Assembly (NCBI RefSeq): GCF_032062105.1
Contig: NW_026933278.1
Coordinates: 186,001-250,000, forward strand
Direction of reading: 5' to 3'
DNA from: Saccostrea cucullata
Taxonomy: Eukaryota
Length of the DNA stretch: 64,000 nucleotides
Notes under the pieces: model-generated
Seen by the model: the letters and a program-made list of their open reading frames with translations, nothing else
Databases searched by the model: none
Told to the model about the DNA's origin: nothing
Shown here: positions 35,425 to 49,619 of the stretch, piece after piece
Position numbering within the stretch: position 1 is the stretch's first letter
Layout: every line of letters starts with the position of its first letter
Made by a program: the position numbers and the translations under genes

Positions 35425-37375
35425 GTAAGAGAATGTTGTTGTACATGAATGTTGTCAATCCATAGATAATGAACTCAAACTTTTATGTAACTAAATCCTT
35501 TGCTATGAAAATCAAGTTTATTAAATTGCAAACTTTGTTTTGAAGATCCAAGTCTCTTGTCGGGAAAAGGTTCATTACAGTGAAATAATTTTTGTGTATT
35601 GTGTTTCAGGTTCATGTTCATGTATTTGCTTGTGTCCCTTCAATATACACGTTTGAGGAATTTTTTTCTTGTCGAGGAAACTTCTAGTGACCCCAGCTGA
35701 AGAAATGTGACTGTGCCCCCCTCCCCCCTCCAAATGAAATTGCTTCCCCTGCAGGCCTGAACTAAGAAGAATTCTACTTGGATCCTGTCATCTGATAGAC
35801 AAACCATATGGACAAACATCTCGTGGTAGTATTGAATGATGCTATCGTTACAGACCATTGAAAAGATTTCATACATGTTTTGTCATGCAGTTAAAAAATG
35901 TAACAGCTTGTTTATTGCATTCTACATTAGAATTTGTTATTTAAAAATTTAAACGGTCCCATATATATATATTCCAGATTTATTGCCGTCTACCCAAATG
36001 TAGGTGCATCAGTGAAATTCTGTCCAGACCCCTCTCCCTCCCCTGAAATGCAGATGCCTCAAAAATGTGGATCTATGTGAAATTGAAGAAAAAATTACAA
36101 ATATGGAGCTTTAAAAGTCAACGACTAGCCCATCACCCCCCCCACACACACACACACACACAAGTTTTTATTAGCTTGTCAAGAAATTTCCCGGTTGGAA
36201 ATTTTTTTTCGACCGGGGACCCCTGGAAAATTTTCCTGGATCAGAACTTCCATAAATTATAAATATGATTCTTATTACCAGGACTATGTTATCAGTTTCA
36301 AATTGTAAGTAGGTATTTTAATTTAATCACTTCACCAAATCAAACACGTCTTATGCTTTCGGTGTCAAAACTTTTCCATAAGGATGGCCCTGGAGATCCT
36401 CTGTTCACATCCACCTACATTAAAGATACTCTCAACAACTCAAAAATTTCACACTTGAATTTAGATCTGAAAGCATATTGGTCTCCATGGGATCGTCTAG
36501 CCTTGTACAAAGACATTCTATACAGAATTTGGAAAGATACAAATTTAGATTTGCACATAGCCCAAGTTGCTTTACCCTGTTGTTCTTGACAGGAAGTCTC
36601 CGACAAGTTAGACACAACCCCTTCAGCTGGTCACTTTGGAGTGCTCCGAACTTTGCATCGAGTCCGTCAGAGGTTATATTGGCCTAACAGTAAAAGAAAT
36701 ATCTTAAAATTGTGTCAAGCGTGTCTTAATTGTCAAATACACTACCCCTGTTACAAAACAGCCAAAAGCTTAAATGAGATAATATTTAGTTGGTGCTCCC
36801 ATGGAGACAGTGGCTATTGATATATTTGGCCCCTTGCCCCGATCAAAAGCAGGAAAACTTAAACTGATTGTAAGCGATTACTTCATTAGTTGGACTGAAG
36901 GTTTTCCTTTGAGTAATATTGAAGCTTCTACAGTGGCACAAACATTTGTTTTTTAATTCCACTAGTACTGTAGGTGTGGTGTCCCCCGCAAGTGCATACG
37001 GATCAAGGCACACATTTTGAATCTGATCTATTCTAAGAAATCTTCAATTCATGAAAGTACTGGAGAGACCCCCTGTTTACTCTTAGACCCTACCATCTAC
37101 CTGCCGTCAGCCCCTGCACCTCCTCAAGTACCACCCTTGTCATCTGTGCCTGTGACGACATTTGCCAGCATCTCTTCATATGTGCTTTACAAGAGTGAGT
37201 CGTCTCCCACAGTGTACCATCATGTGGACTTCATTAACGATTCCTCTTTTTTTCTTTGCTGGAGCCCACAGTTTCGAGGAGAATGATTTTATTTGAGTAT
37301 TATATTTGAGATTAAGTAAAAGAAACCGTTGCCTGTATATAGATGAAATGCTCGGCTGTGAGAAGGCAGCAAGTA

Positions 37376-38355
37376 CAGTGGAGTCGCCAATTCCGGTTCG
37401 TCTCCAATTCCGGGTCACTCATTGTATTTTATGTCATATTGTTGACATTTAAGCGCAAAAACTAAAATGAATACGCTGGTCATTAAGAACTGGTCTTTCT
37501 GTATCTGATTAATTACAAAATTTTGAAAATTAACTATTAGAGAGCATCCGTCAATCGAAATTCTGAAACGCACGCATTTAAGACTTGGACGTTTCTGCTG
37601 CGGTGACGGGCTACTTTCGTTTTTGATCGCTGCAGAAAGGCTGACTTAAAAGTTCTAGATAATGATAAGAGCTCGAAAGTATGGTAAATGCATTTAGTTT
37701 TAAATCTGAAATCAATCATATTGATCGCTGCTCAAATAAAATTTTAATGATTATTAATTCAAACTGTAGTAGTTTCTCCAATTGCGGGTCACGTAATCTC
37801 GTGGTATGAACATGTCAAAATTCTATGTACAAAACCAATCGACAACCATGTATTTACCTTGATTATCAAACGTATTCTAACTATTTATATTTTTTCTAAA
37901 GATTAAAATCGAGTTAACACTTCAAATGCATTTTTTAATGATCTCAATACATTTTTTTTTAAAAGTCTGCATACTGCAATTTGATTTGTTGTAATTGTTT
38001 TAAAAATAATTGAAACATATTTCTTTGGCTGTTTTACTTTTTTTCCAAGCTACATGATTTGTTTTATGTTTCAACATTATAAAAATTGTGTTCCGAAACG
38101 TTTCATGAATATTACACGACCGTGAAGTCACGTGACCCGGAAATGGAGAAAATGATTCGTAACTGGGGAAGCTAGGCTTTGCTGAAAGATCCACTGTAAA
38201 TATTGTTCCCGTGTAGCTACTTCGAAAACGAAAAGGTGTTTCGATGAGTCACAATTTGTTCTTTCAATACATATATTGCATAAAATATAAATTGAACAGA
38301 TTTGCAAAATATCAACGAAACACCCTGACGTGACCCGGAATTGGCGACTTCACTG
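37376..38355. mobile_element. TA-flanked Tc1/mariner (pogo-like) MITE, copy 2 (from the duplication)
   Basis: Same TIRs and TA flanks as 33617-34595. Confidence 0.85.
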
Positions 38356-40118
38356 TACTATAAAGTTTATACATATTTTAGACCCCATTTGTTTTGCTGT
38401 TTTTCGTTGAGACATAAAAAACATGACTTCCTGTGTATTTTACCTTTAAACATCAAGAAATTGAATATTGAATCGTTTTAATATTTATCTGTATAAAATA
38501 AATTAATATAATTTTAAATTGTTCCAAACTTGATTACAAGTCGTGAAAAGAATTTACAATGGTTCGACTTGATTCAACCCAGTAGAAAGCTGCATTGAGC
38601 AAAAATTCACTGTCTCTTAAAGTCAATCATGCTACAAGAAGTCACAGTTTTCTATTTATTTTTTCGGTTTTTTTGTTTTTTGGTGTTGAATTTTACACTG
38701 TTGTCTTTATGGTCGAGTACCAAATTTTAAAATGAAGCTGCGTGAAGCAGTTTGAGACTTGAAGCTAAATATATTTTTTTTAAAATAGGCCTAGTCATCA
38801 ACCATATTACATTCCCATCTTAATATTAGAATTGTTATATACTCTGATCATGTTAATTTTATCTGCTAAAATAATAATATGACTGTCTCCTTTTGTTGTT
38901 AATTGAAGTTTGGAAGCATTTAGGCTAAGTTCAATTCTTTTAAATAATGAACTTCACTTTCATGAAGATTGAAGAATGATTTTTAAACCTCATATTTTTT
39001 TCATAGGTGCGACTGAAATGGTGCCTCAATGCCCTCAAGCAGAAAGAGGACTTCCGAGACGTTATCTTTGTGGATGAGAGCACGAAAGAGATGTCCGCTC
39101 ATGGAAGACTCTTCTTCCATCAGGACAGCTCTCAACTGCAGAGAAAGTGTGCGAGGAAATCCAAGCCAAAGCATGCCTATAAGGTAAGAGAATGTTGTTG
39201 TACATGAATGTTGTCAATCCATAAATAATGAACTCAAACTTTTATGTAACTAAATCCTTTGCTATGAAAATCAAGTTTATTAAATTGCAAACTTTGTTTT
39301 GAAGATCCAAGTCTCTTGTCGGGAAAAGGTTCATTACAGTGAAATAATTTTTGTGTATTGTGTTTCAGGTTCATGTTCATGTATTTGCTTGTGTCCCTTC
39401 AATATATACGTTTGAGGAATTTTTTTCTTGTCGAGGAAACTTCTAGTGACCCCAGCTGAAGAAATGTGACTGTGCCCCCCTCCCCCCTCCAAATGAAATT
39501 GCTTCCCCTGCAGGCCTGAACTAAGAAGAATTCTACTTGGATCCTGTCATCTGATAGACAAACCATATGGACAAACATCTCGTGGTAGTATTGAATGATG
39601 CTATCGTTACAGACCATTGAAAAGATTTCATACATGTTTTGTCATGCAGTTAAAAAATGTAACAGCTTGTTTATTGCATTCTACATTAGAATTTGTTATT
39701 TAAAAATTTAAACGGTCCCATATATATATATTCCAGATTTATTGCCGTCTACCCAAATGTAGGTGCATCAGTGAAATTCTGTCCAGACCCCTCTCCCTCC
39801 CCTGAAATGCAGATGCCTCAAAAATGTGGATCTATGTGAAATTGAAGAAAAAATTACAAATATGGAGCTTTAAAAGTCAACGACTAGCCCATCACCCCCC
39901 CCCCCCCACACACACACACACACACAAGTTTTTATTAGCTTGTCAAGAAATTTCCCGGTTGGAAATTTTTTTTCGACCGGGGACCCCTGGAAAATTTTCC
40001 TGGATCAGAACTTCCATAAATTATAAATATGATTCTTATTACCAGGACTATGTTATCAGTTTCAAATTGTAAGTAGGTATTTTAATTTAATCACTTCACC
40101 CGATGTAACAATTTTATA

Positions 40119-40337
40119 CTGTAAACCAACTTTTATTCGCCTGCGAGAAATGTTCGCAATTGTTCGCAAAAGCCTCGTCATCACGAATATTTCCCGCCGC
40201 GAACCGGTCCTGAAAGTGTATTTTTCTATTAACGACAGATCCAAAAAAGGCTAAATCGCGATAACAAATCGCTGCGAACTTGTTTATCCCTAGTTAATCG
40301 TGAAATAAAGTCGTCACGATTAAAACTTCGTTTACAG
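40119..40337. mobile_element. Small TA-flanked MITE
   Basis: ta|ctgtaaaccaacttttattcg ... cgattaaaacttcgtttacag|ta. Confidence 0.7.
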
Positions 40338-40694
40338 TAACTGAGAAATAAGTGAAAACTGGGGGATTCCCCATCTTACTACAATGGACTTCTAAAAAAA
40401 AACATTTTTTTTTACAGACATGCTACATTTGAGCAGACCTTTACTCATCCGACTTTGAACTCGGAACAGGATACTAGTATATAAAATTAAAGAAAACTGA
40501 ACTAGGGAAAAAATAAATTACATGTTCAGCATCTTATTATCTCCACGGTCTAATCTGTATCACATCCTGTATCTAGCTGAGACTCCAAAAACTAAATTAC
40601 AAAGATAATGCAAGTGTTGTATTTCAGAAATTTATCATGATCGAAGGAGAGCGGACTATGCGAAGAGATTTATAGGGTGAACAGACCCAATACA

Positions 40695-41230
40695 AGCTGC
40701 AGAACTGTAGCCCTCTGGTTGAGAACATTCGGACAGATAAAGCAGAGAGCTACAGATCCAAGCGTTGTAAAACCTTCGATTTACGCCGACGATTTTTGTC
40801 GCTACTGTAGGTATTTATTTCGTGTTGTCTTAAGCTTTCTCTGTCTTTTAGAATGGTATCCTATAATACCAAATATTATTAAAAAAACTCTTATATTTGA
40901 TACTTTATTTCCCTTTTAACAGTCCGAAACAGCCTTGTATATACTTTTGTAATGTTTCCTTTCGACGTCCGTAACCGCAAACATGCAGCCATTTGTTAGC
41001 GTTTAGAGGTAAGTAAATGATCAGGAATTGAAGTTTAATGAATGATTTATTGTTAAATACCATTTAAAATAAATTTCAAAGCTGGGAAGGTATAAAATAC
41101 AAGAAAAAATGCCCGTAGTGAAGAAAGAAAAAAATCGTCGGCATTAATCGAAGGTGTTTACAATGCTTGGATCTGTAGCTCTCTAGTTTATCTGTCCGAA
41201 TTTTCTCAGAGAGCTACAGTGTTGCAGCTA
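40695..41230. mobile_element. MITE with ~100-bp imperfect TIRs
   Basis: agctgcagaactgtagc...ttcggacagataaagcagagagctacagatccaagcgttgtaaaaccttcgatt is inverted at 41130-41230. No convincing TSD. Confidence 0.8.
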
Positions 41231-41679
41231 CGAATAATCATGAATATTATTCCGAATATGTGCACTTTTGAGAATAAAGCATCTACGTGCTTGAGTTTCT
41301 GTTTCTTATCAATTCATTTAAAAGCAATTCATTTATTAAATGTATCATATAAAAAAATATATAAAAGAATTCGAAATTTTTATAACGATATTTTATGTTA
41401 TAAGCAGTTGCAATAATCGGATTTATGCAATAAATACGATATTAATCCATTTATCACAGCACCCCATGCGGTACGCGCAAAGCATTAGGACAGTCAATTA
41501 TTAAATACCCTAGAGGATACACGTCTTAATTTCAGTGCTGCTAAATTTGAGAAATCTTTTTTAATACTTTCTTTGGAGAGTTGTCCAAGCGCAAGTCATC
41601 CGCAACTGTGGTTACATCCGCAAAAAGTCCATCAGAAAAGAAAAAAATTCCACCAAATCCCACCAAATAGAGGGGGAAA

Positions 41680-42180
41680 ATGACAACAGTACTACTCACA
41701 GCATGGAAGTGGACATTAACGAGTCTGTTAGCTCAGTAGGCAAGTCTGACTACTTAACTACGCCTATAGTTAGTGTTATTGATGCATTGGGTTGCACCAT
41801 CCCTTCAAACACACGCGAAAAAATACAAAATTAGGGGTATTTAGATCTGGGCGTCTTGTTGGAAATGTCGGAAGAAAGGGACAAGAAAAATAAGATAAAC
41901 CTAGTGGACGTGGAACTGGTCTTACAAAAGGGGAAAAGTGGCAAAATCAGCGATGTCGGGAAATGGACCGACGCGGTCCTTATATTTACTAGTATTAACG
42001 TCGAAGCTCACCCCGATCGATCACTTGGCTAACTTAAATATACGCACACGGTTAGACTAGGTTCTTATAGATCCACCACCGCCTGGAAATTGTACGACGA
42101 GCAATTTAGGCTTAAGAAGGCAAGAAATAGTTCTATGGCATGGGGGCAAATCGACAATGAACTTTGGATCTAATATGTAA
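41680..42180 (+). pseudogene. DIRS/Ngaro (tyrosine-recombinase retroelement) gag-like ORF1 relic
   Basis: LGCTIPSNTREKIQN*GYLDLGVLL...ISDVGKWTDAVLIFTSINVEAHPDRSLG*LKYTHTVRLG...AWKLYDEQFRLKKARNSSMAWGQIDNELWI, with the W..YD..FR motif and in-frame stops. Confidence 0.7.
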
Positions 42181-44310
42181 CTTCTCCGATTGCTCTCCCC
42201 CAAAACATCTACAATGATTCTATAAAGGTTTCAGATTTTTTCAAAATGCTAAATAAAGTTTGCCCATTTTTTGCCCGCCGAAATTTCTTTTTAACCCACA
42301 ATGCACCAGAGTACCCAAAGCAAAATTGCAAGTGATCCAAACCAAGTCGATTTTCGATTAGCACTTTGTATAGTGATATTGCAAACATCAGACTGCTCCA
42401 TCTTGTTAAAAAGTTGCTTACTAACTTGAAAGATTTAAAATTTTAAGCTAATTTTATTCTAACTTCAACCTTGATGGTAACAATAAAACTCGAAGAAAAA
42501 AAATTATTATTCGTGCTTTATTATCAGGGAAGCGGATTATAAATAATGACTCTTAATACTTGGCCATATTATCGAGTATTATCTGGTTTGGGTCAGTTTA
42601 CGCTTTACTTAGTATTATCCGCGAAGTAGTGTAGAGCAAGAGTGCCTCTACCAAAATTGTGAATTTTATGACCCCAGAGTCAGGGGTTCTAGTGTTAGGG
42701 CGGGGCTCAATTGATTATATAGTGAAAATAAATGAATTTTTTGAAAATCTTCTTCTCTGCTCCTGGGTAATAAATTAACTAAATATATGTGATAATTTCT
42801 CCCTCTCTCAAAAATAATATTATTCTCTCTAAATACCTTTCTTTCTAAATGATATAAAACAGAAACAAAAGGCCCATGGGCTACATCGCTCACCTGAGCA
42901 CCACGGGTAGGACTAGTATAAAATGGCTTTTTATTGTAAAGTTTAAATCCAAAAGTAGTCCTATGACCAATCATGGATTTGCTATTTTTTAGAAAATGAT
43001 TGAGTAGAAGATTTTTAAAGAATTTTGCTAAATATTTCTATGTAAAACTTTGGTCGGCCATTTTGGCATCGCCCTACCCCCGGGGGTCATGATTTGAACA
43101 AACTTGAATCTACACTACCTGAACATGCTTCCATATAAATATGATAAATAATGGCTTTGTCATTCTTGAGAAGAAGATTTTTAAAGAATTAAATTTTCCT
43201 ATATATCTCTTTGTAAAACCTTGGTCGGCCATTTTTGCCACGCCCTACCCCCGGGGGTCATGATTTGAACAAACTTGAATCTACACTACCTGAGCATGCT
43301 TCCATATATATATGATGAATTATGGCTTTGTAATTCTTGAGAAGAAGATTTTTAAAGAATTTTCCTATATATTTCTATGTAAAACATTGGTCGGCCATTT
43401 TGGCCCCGCCCTACCCCCCGGGGTCATGATTTGAACAAACTTGAATTTACACTACCTGAGCATGCTCCCATATAAATATGATGAATTATGGCTTTGTCAT
43501 TCTTGAGAAGATTTTTAAAGAATTTTCCTATATATTTCTATGTAAAACCTTGGTCGGCCATTTTGGCCACGCCCTACCCCCGGGGGTCATGATTTGAACA
43601 AACTTGAATCTACACTACCTGAGCATGCTTCCATATAAATATGATGAATTATGGCTTTGTCATTCTTGAGAAGAAGATTTTTAAAGAATTTTCCTATATA
43701 TTTCTATGTAAAACTTTGGTCCGCCATTTTGGCCCCGCCCTACCCCCGGGGGTCATGATTTGAACAAACTTGAATCTACACTACCTGAGCATGTTTCCAT
43801 ATAAATATGATGAATAATGGCTTTGTCATTCTTGAGAAGAAGATTTTTGAAGAATTTTCCTATACGCAGGGGGAATAAGGAAGCATACAAAATATTCTAC
43901 CTTGACTAAATCAGTGCTACATTATGACGTCATTGTAGGCGAGATGACGTCAATTTTAAAACACAAGTTTTCGTAATATTGGTATTTAGAGCTGTAATTT
44001 AACTCCAGAAAATGAATAGAAACCTGTCAACATTAACAAAAATAAAATGCTTTTATTTTGTAATGCTGTATTCTATCATTTTGATTAAAATCTACCACCG
44101 ATGACGTCATATGTGTACATCAAGTAACTTGGGAATGGATCATGCCGTGTAAAGAGAATTTGGCTAATACCGCATATAGATAGTTTTCGATCACGTGACC
44201 TCCGCCCTCCCAAATAAGGACGGCGGCCATGTTGGAGGTATAACCGGAGGTGGAGTTTACATAATAAGGTTAAATATAGTTTTGTGTTTACAACTTTACA
44301 AGCGTGTTAA

Positions 44311-46799
44311 ATGGCGTCGAAAGCTGAAAAATGTACAGAGACTTACCGTGATCAACTCGATAAAATTTCTAAGCAAAGATATGACGATAAGATAGCCTTG
44401 ATTGATAAGAAAGATCCCTCTACCATCGAGAAGCAGAACTGGTCGAAAGACATTGAAAAATGGGCCAGTGTTACGTACCCAGATATTGTGAACTTTTTGT
44501 TATTTAGTACGAGTGCATATACCTTGGACCAGCTAAAGTCGTACAAGGGGTTGGAATCATACAACCAATTTGTAAGTGGATGGGTTCGGGATGTCTCCGT
44601 CTGTGAGATCAACGGCCTGTGCCTACACACATGCAAGGTAACTGTTAAATAGGTCTTGAATTTTCTCATCACATGACCATGATGACTTATTATCATTATT
44701 ATAATTACTGATTATTGTTTTGAAATGTAACAAAATAACGAATGTTTATAATACTGGTTCTAATAAAAAAAAAAACCCTTTCAATAGTGCTCATTCAGTG
44801 TACATAAACCAATGACAAAAACAAAAATATAACCTTATAGACTCAACTGTAAGACATTTTAGATGGAGCATACATTTTAATGCATCCTAGCTCAGTACTC
44901 AGTGTTTCTGATGTTTATATTTCATAGAGATAAGATAAGATATGTTTTATTACTAATTCAGTGCCCAAATGAGCATAAAGAGTATAAACTTACAAGAGAA
45001 AGGCCTAAAATATAGTTGACAGAAAAAGGAAAAAAAAAACAAAACATTTAGACATACCTATATAAACATGTACATAGAATAGACATAGACTCTTCAATGT
45101 ATATATACATATGTATCATATTGTGGTATGGGGCATCAGTACTTAGGCCTAATGGCAATTAATTAATGTACATGCATTTTTGAACTTAATGTTTCATATA
45201 TATAATTTTATTTAAAAATATTAAACCATTATGAAAATAAATTATTTTAAAAACATACTCTATAATCTCTTGACCTCTTTCTAGGTTATGCATTCACAAC
45301 GATTGAGTGAGACCCCACTGAGTCCATGGGCCATAATTCAGGAAGAGGGAAAAGTTTTAGCTGCTCATTGTAATTGTATGGCAGGGTTGGGAGAAGCCTG
45401 TACACATATTGCAGCTATGTTGTTTTCTATTGAGGCAACAGTGAAAGTGAGGGAATCAAGAACTGTTACTGACACTAAAGCCTACTGGCTGCCAGCATCA
45501 TTGAAAGGTGTACAGTATGCCAAAATTGAAAACATTGACTTCACATCTGCAAAATCAAAGAAGAAGTTAGTGGACAGTCAATTCAGTGACACACCTACGG
45601 CAAGACGGGGTGGTATGCAACATAGATTGGTGGAGCCACCCACTGAAAATGAGTTGAATGATTTCTTACAGAAGTTAAGTTTGACCGGAGCACAGTCAGC
45701 CATTCTGAGTATTCGTGACCCTTTCCAACAACCATTCATTCCACAAGCTGTAAAAGAAAAATTTCCACAATTGCTAAGTGATCTCGTGGAGGATGATTTG
45801 CTTCGTGCAAATTACAGTGACATTATGAAACATTGTGCAAATGTGAAAGTAACGGTGTCAAAAGAAGAAGCTGAGAATGTTGAAGAGGCAACTAGACAGC
45901 AAGCTGAAAATAAACTGTGGAATCGATTCAGATGCGGACGTATCACAGCTTCTAGGATGCATGCAGTGTGTCACAGTAGTCCAGCAGCACCCTCTGAGAG
46001 TCTAGTGAGAGCTATTTGCTACCCAGAGACAACAAAGTTCCAATCAAAAGCTACTGCATGGGGATGTGATCACGAGAAGGATGCACGTGAAGCCTATTGT
46101 GAGGGCATGAGAAGGTTCCATTCCAATTTCACAGTGGAAACAACAGGACTTTTCCTCCACCCCGAGTATCCTTTATTTGGTGCTTCACCTGATGGTCTTG
46201 TGTCCTGTGACTGTTGTGGGCAAGGAGTCTTGGAGATAAAATGTCCCTTTTGTGTGCGATTCTCCTCTCTTGACGCTTGGAAGGAAAAGAATTCTTGCCT
46301 CGAAGAAACTGCAACTGGGCGTCGATTAAAGCAAAACCATCCATATTATTACCAAGTGCAGGCACAAATCCACTTGTGTGACAAAGATTATGCCGATTTT
46401 GTTGTGTGGACAGAGAAGGAGATTTATATGGAGAGACTACAGGCAAACAGTGAATTGTGGGATGAGATGAAAATGAAAGCGGCAAACTTTCACCAAATGG
46501 CAGTGATGCCCGAGCTAGTTGGTAGGTTCTATACGCGCCAGAATATGCCTGTTCCTTTGGCAGTGCGACAGGACAACAACACGGATCACGCAACTACCAG
46601 TAATGATGTTTTCTGCATTTGCAGGGGAGGCGAAACTGATACTATGGTGGCCTGTGATAACCAAAACTGTTCTTATCAATGGTTCCATTTAGCTTGCCTA
46701 AAACTAACCAAGTCAAAATTGCCAAAAGGTAAATGGTACTGTCCAGATTGTAGTCGCCTTCCAGAGTTCCGCAGCAAGAGAAAGTGTGTCAGGAAGTGA
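44311..46799 (+). CDS. ISL2EU accessory protein: SWIM zinc finger + YqaJ/lambda-exonuclease (PD-(D/E)XK) + PHD finger; exons 44311-44637 and 45285-46799
   Basis: Phase-0 intron (TCK|VMHSQ). SWIM CNC..AGLGEACTH; YqaJ motifs W..FR.GRITAS, GASPDG, LEIKCP, YYYQVQAQ; PHD CIC..MVACDN..C..WFHLAC..KWYCPDC. Confidence 0.9.
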
Positions 46800-47806
46800 T
46801 GTGTCATTTAGAAAAAATAATTCTGTGCCTGAACAAAAACTGTGAATTTCAATCAGTAGTCAATTAATAATTATCATGTATGATATTAATTTATTGTATT
46901 TATGAAATTCTTTACCTTGTGACATTCAAATAATTGATGATTGTATCAGTGTGTGTTTACTATAATCATAGGGAATATTTGATTTTTTTTTCATCTTGTT
47001 CCAATTACTTTAGAAGCAGTTCTAAGTTAATGATGTTCTTCATCTTTGCATTGTCAATCATAATAAATGATATAATCATTGAAGTTTTCTTGATAAATTA
47101 TCTGCACAGTTTAGAAATCAACAAATTGACACAAGGTCAGTCTTTTTAAAAAATTCCTAGTAGTTGCTGACTTACATTTTTCTTGAGTAGATATACAGTA
47201 CTTATTTTAAAAGAGGGATAATTAATATGGTACCAAGCCATATCTTAAGAAATGCTTGGATCTGGGAAAAATGATCAGTCAGCAACTTCAAGTAATTTTT
47301 TAAAAGAGAGTTGCAGTTACCATTTTCCTATGGAAAAGCTATATATAAACCAGTCATGGTCCAGTCTACATAGCTCAATTTTAAGATTTCAAATGACTTG
47401 CATAGTACTAAAGCAATTAAATGAGTTCATCCTATGTCATGAAATTTAATTATTCCTGGTCAAATGAAAAAGACAATTTAGAGAGAAACTTTTATTATGT
47501 ATTGTGAATAGCATATATTGAGTAGAACAGTGTGGAACATAAATTTAGGTACCAGATCTACATTTATATCTGACTACATTTAAAGAATTATTAATCTGAC
47601 AGTTCATTGTTGCAATCAGTCCTTGGGCCAGCTTGTTTCAACACAAAATACAGCAAATTACGCGAAAATGCACATACATGTACATATACAAATAGGAATC
47701 AACTATTTCAACATGTTCAATAAATAAATTATAATAATATATATCACAATAGAATGCACAGTAATAGAGAACACATGGGCAATCAATCAGTTTGAACTTT
47801 GTTGAA

Positions 47807-49619
47807 TCACTCAAATGGCACTACAGATTTACACATGTTTGTCAGAGCGCAACACACTGTCACTACTTTATCAATGGTAGGTCTCGACCCCTCAGTTGAC
47901 ACCAAATAGTCTAATGGAACAGTGTCCTGTAACATTTTGTATTTGTTGCGTACTAATCCAATGACACGTTCCACATGTATTCTTACATGTGCCAATTTCC
48001 TGGTCCTTTCAACGTCCAATGCTGAGAGCTGGCTTTTTCCCTTCGTGAAAGCTGGTATTCGCAACTCACAACTAACTTGTGCCAGGCTTTCGGCAATGTC
48101 GAACCCTCTATCTGCGAGTACAATGTCTCCGTATTCTAACTTCTCTAGAAAACCACAGTCATTTGTTATGAATTTGTCTGGACTACGCCCACCATAGCCG
48201 TTACTGATAAATGATATAACACCTTGTGGAGAAATGCCAATCAGGAACTTCACAGTATTGTGATGCTTATACTGTGACCAGGTTTGGGCTCTTGCCTCCA
48301 AGTTTGAGGGTCTCTCGATAAAAAGTTCAAAACAATCAATGATCACAGCTACTTTTAAACCAAAATACTTCCTGAATTCCATTGGCATTGTCTTTCTTCT
48401 CTCTTCTTGAGCTGGCCAGTAAATAAGTGGTTGTAGTTTTATGTACATGGCATGCAGAGTGATAAGAAATGTCTTGGACACAGTACTAGATGAAATTCTA
48501 AATTTGTCTGCTAAATAATGAACTGGTAAATTAAGTTTTAAACGCATCAGCACCAGAATAAGTTTCTGAAACTTGGAAAGTGCACTGTTATATCCCTGTA
48601 CTAGAACCGATTCCACATACGCATAAAGAGTTATGAGTACGGCAAAGGAAGGTAAGCCTGTGAATGACTTTACTTTTTCATCATCTTTTCTGAAGGTCTC
48701 CTCTGTCAGGGTAGTACTCTTTAGTTGTTCTTTCAGGGAATTGTTTTCCACAGTTAGGTGGTTCACTTCTGTCTCCATAGTAGAAATTGTAACTCCACAC
48801 TGACACAGTTCGGACTGTGATGACAAGCCACTTTCATTAGTTGTACTTAACTCTGAAGATTGTTCAGGTTCTTCAGGAGGGTTCTCGTCATCCTCAGTTC
48901 CTCGGCTCTCGAATAAGGAAATCAAGGACCTTGCTGCTTCAAAATATTTCTTCTTCTCTACTCTGCCCTTTATTCTGATGGTTCGGTCTGGTGTAGGCTG
49001 CACTGGCTGGCTTTTCTGATGGCCTAGGTTTTTGGAAGGTGCCCAGTCTGGATCACAGTCTTGATAGAGAGAAGAAGGCTTTCCTGTAAATAAACAAAAT
49101 TTTGAGTAATAAACATCTCTCTTATCCCTTCCTTCTTTTCTGTAATAGTACACAAAATAAACACATTTTTAAATATACTATTCATATATTAATCTGTTGG
49201 CTCATTAATTTAAATCAAATGACATAAAATTGTCTACAAACATATAATTTTCATTACTAAATTTCAAGTTTTCTGTTTCCGCAAAAAAGGAAAACGACAT
49301 AGCTTGTTAGTGTATTACAATAAGGACATTGGGCCTACTATCTATATTCATTTATCTTGCAATGCTTGATTTCAACACCAAAACAAAAATTAATTTACAT
49401 ACCTGTAACGAAATGATCCGAGCAGATTCTCACATAGGGATATGAAGACGGTGCCAAATCTGCCCTACTTATTCGGGATAGCCACATTCTCCTTCGTTTT
49501 TCCGATAATTCATACGTTTTCTCCCCCTGATTGTTTATTATTGCCGGTAATCTATAGAATGACACTTTGTCCCTCCCCGCGGTGTTCGAGCAGCCAATGA
49601 TAGCACAAAAGTTCACCAT
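47807..49619 (-). CDS. THAP + HTH + DDE (PIF/Harbinger-type) transposase; exons 49619-49403 and 49083-47807
   Basis: THAP MVNFCAIIGC..W..RICSDHF spliced in phase 1 to GKPSSLY..PDWAPS. Core motifs IIDCFE, YKHHNTVKFL, LADRGF, RIHVERVIG. No stops. Confidence 0.92.

Larger units (their letters stand above)
32575..40100. repeat. Near-identical tandem duplication: 32575-36336 (3762 bp) and 36337-40100 (3764 bp)
   Basis: The ORF track repeats with an offset of ~3760. The junction ...cacttcaCC|aaatcaaacacg shows 2-bp CC microhomology with 32573-32574. Only a few SNPs and indels differ. Confidence 0.95.

Noticed and set aside
41723-41760. tRNA-like gttagctcagtagg
   Set aside because: No B box or cloverleaf; it lies within the DIRS/Ngaro gag-like frame.
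43040-43860. Regular ~166-bp array as a possible CRISPR
   Set aside because: Whole units are repeated with no unique spacers, there are no cas genes, and the context is eukaryotic. It is satellite DNA inside a HINE.
45288-46799. YqaJ gene as evidence of phage or bacterial contamination
   Set aside because: It has a GT-AG intron and a PHD finger and lies between eukaryotic transposon TIRs.
46129-48197. Antisense ORFs 46129..46593 and 47922..48197
   Set aside because: Shadows of the YqaJ and transposase genes.
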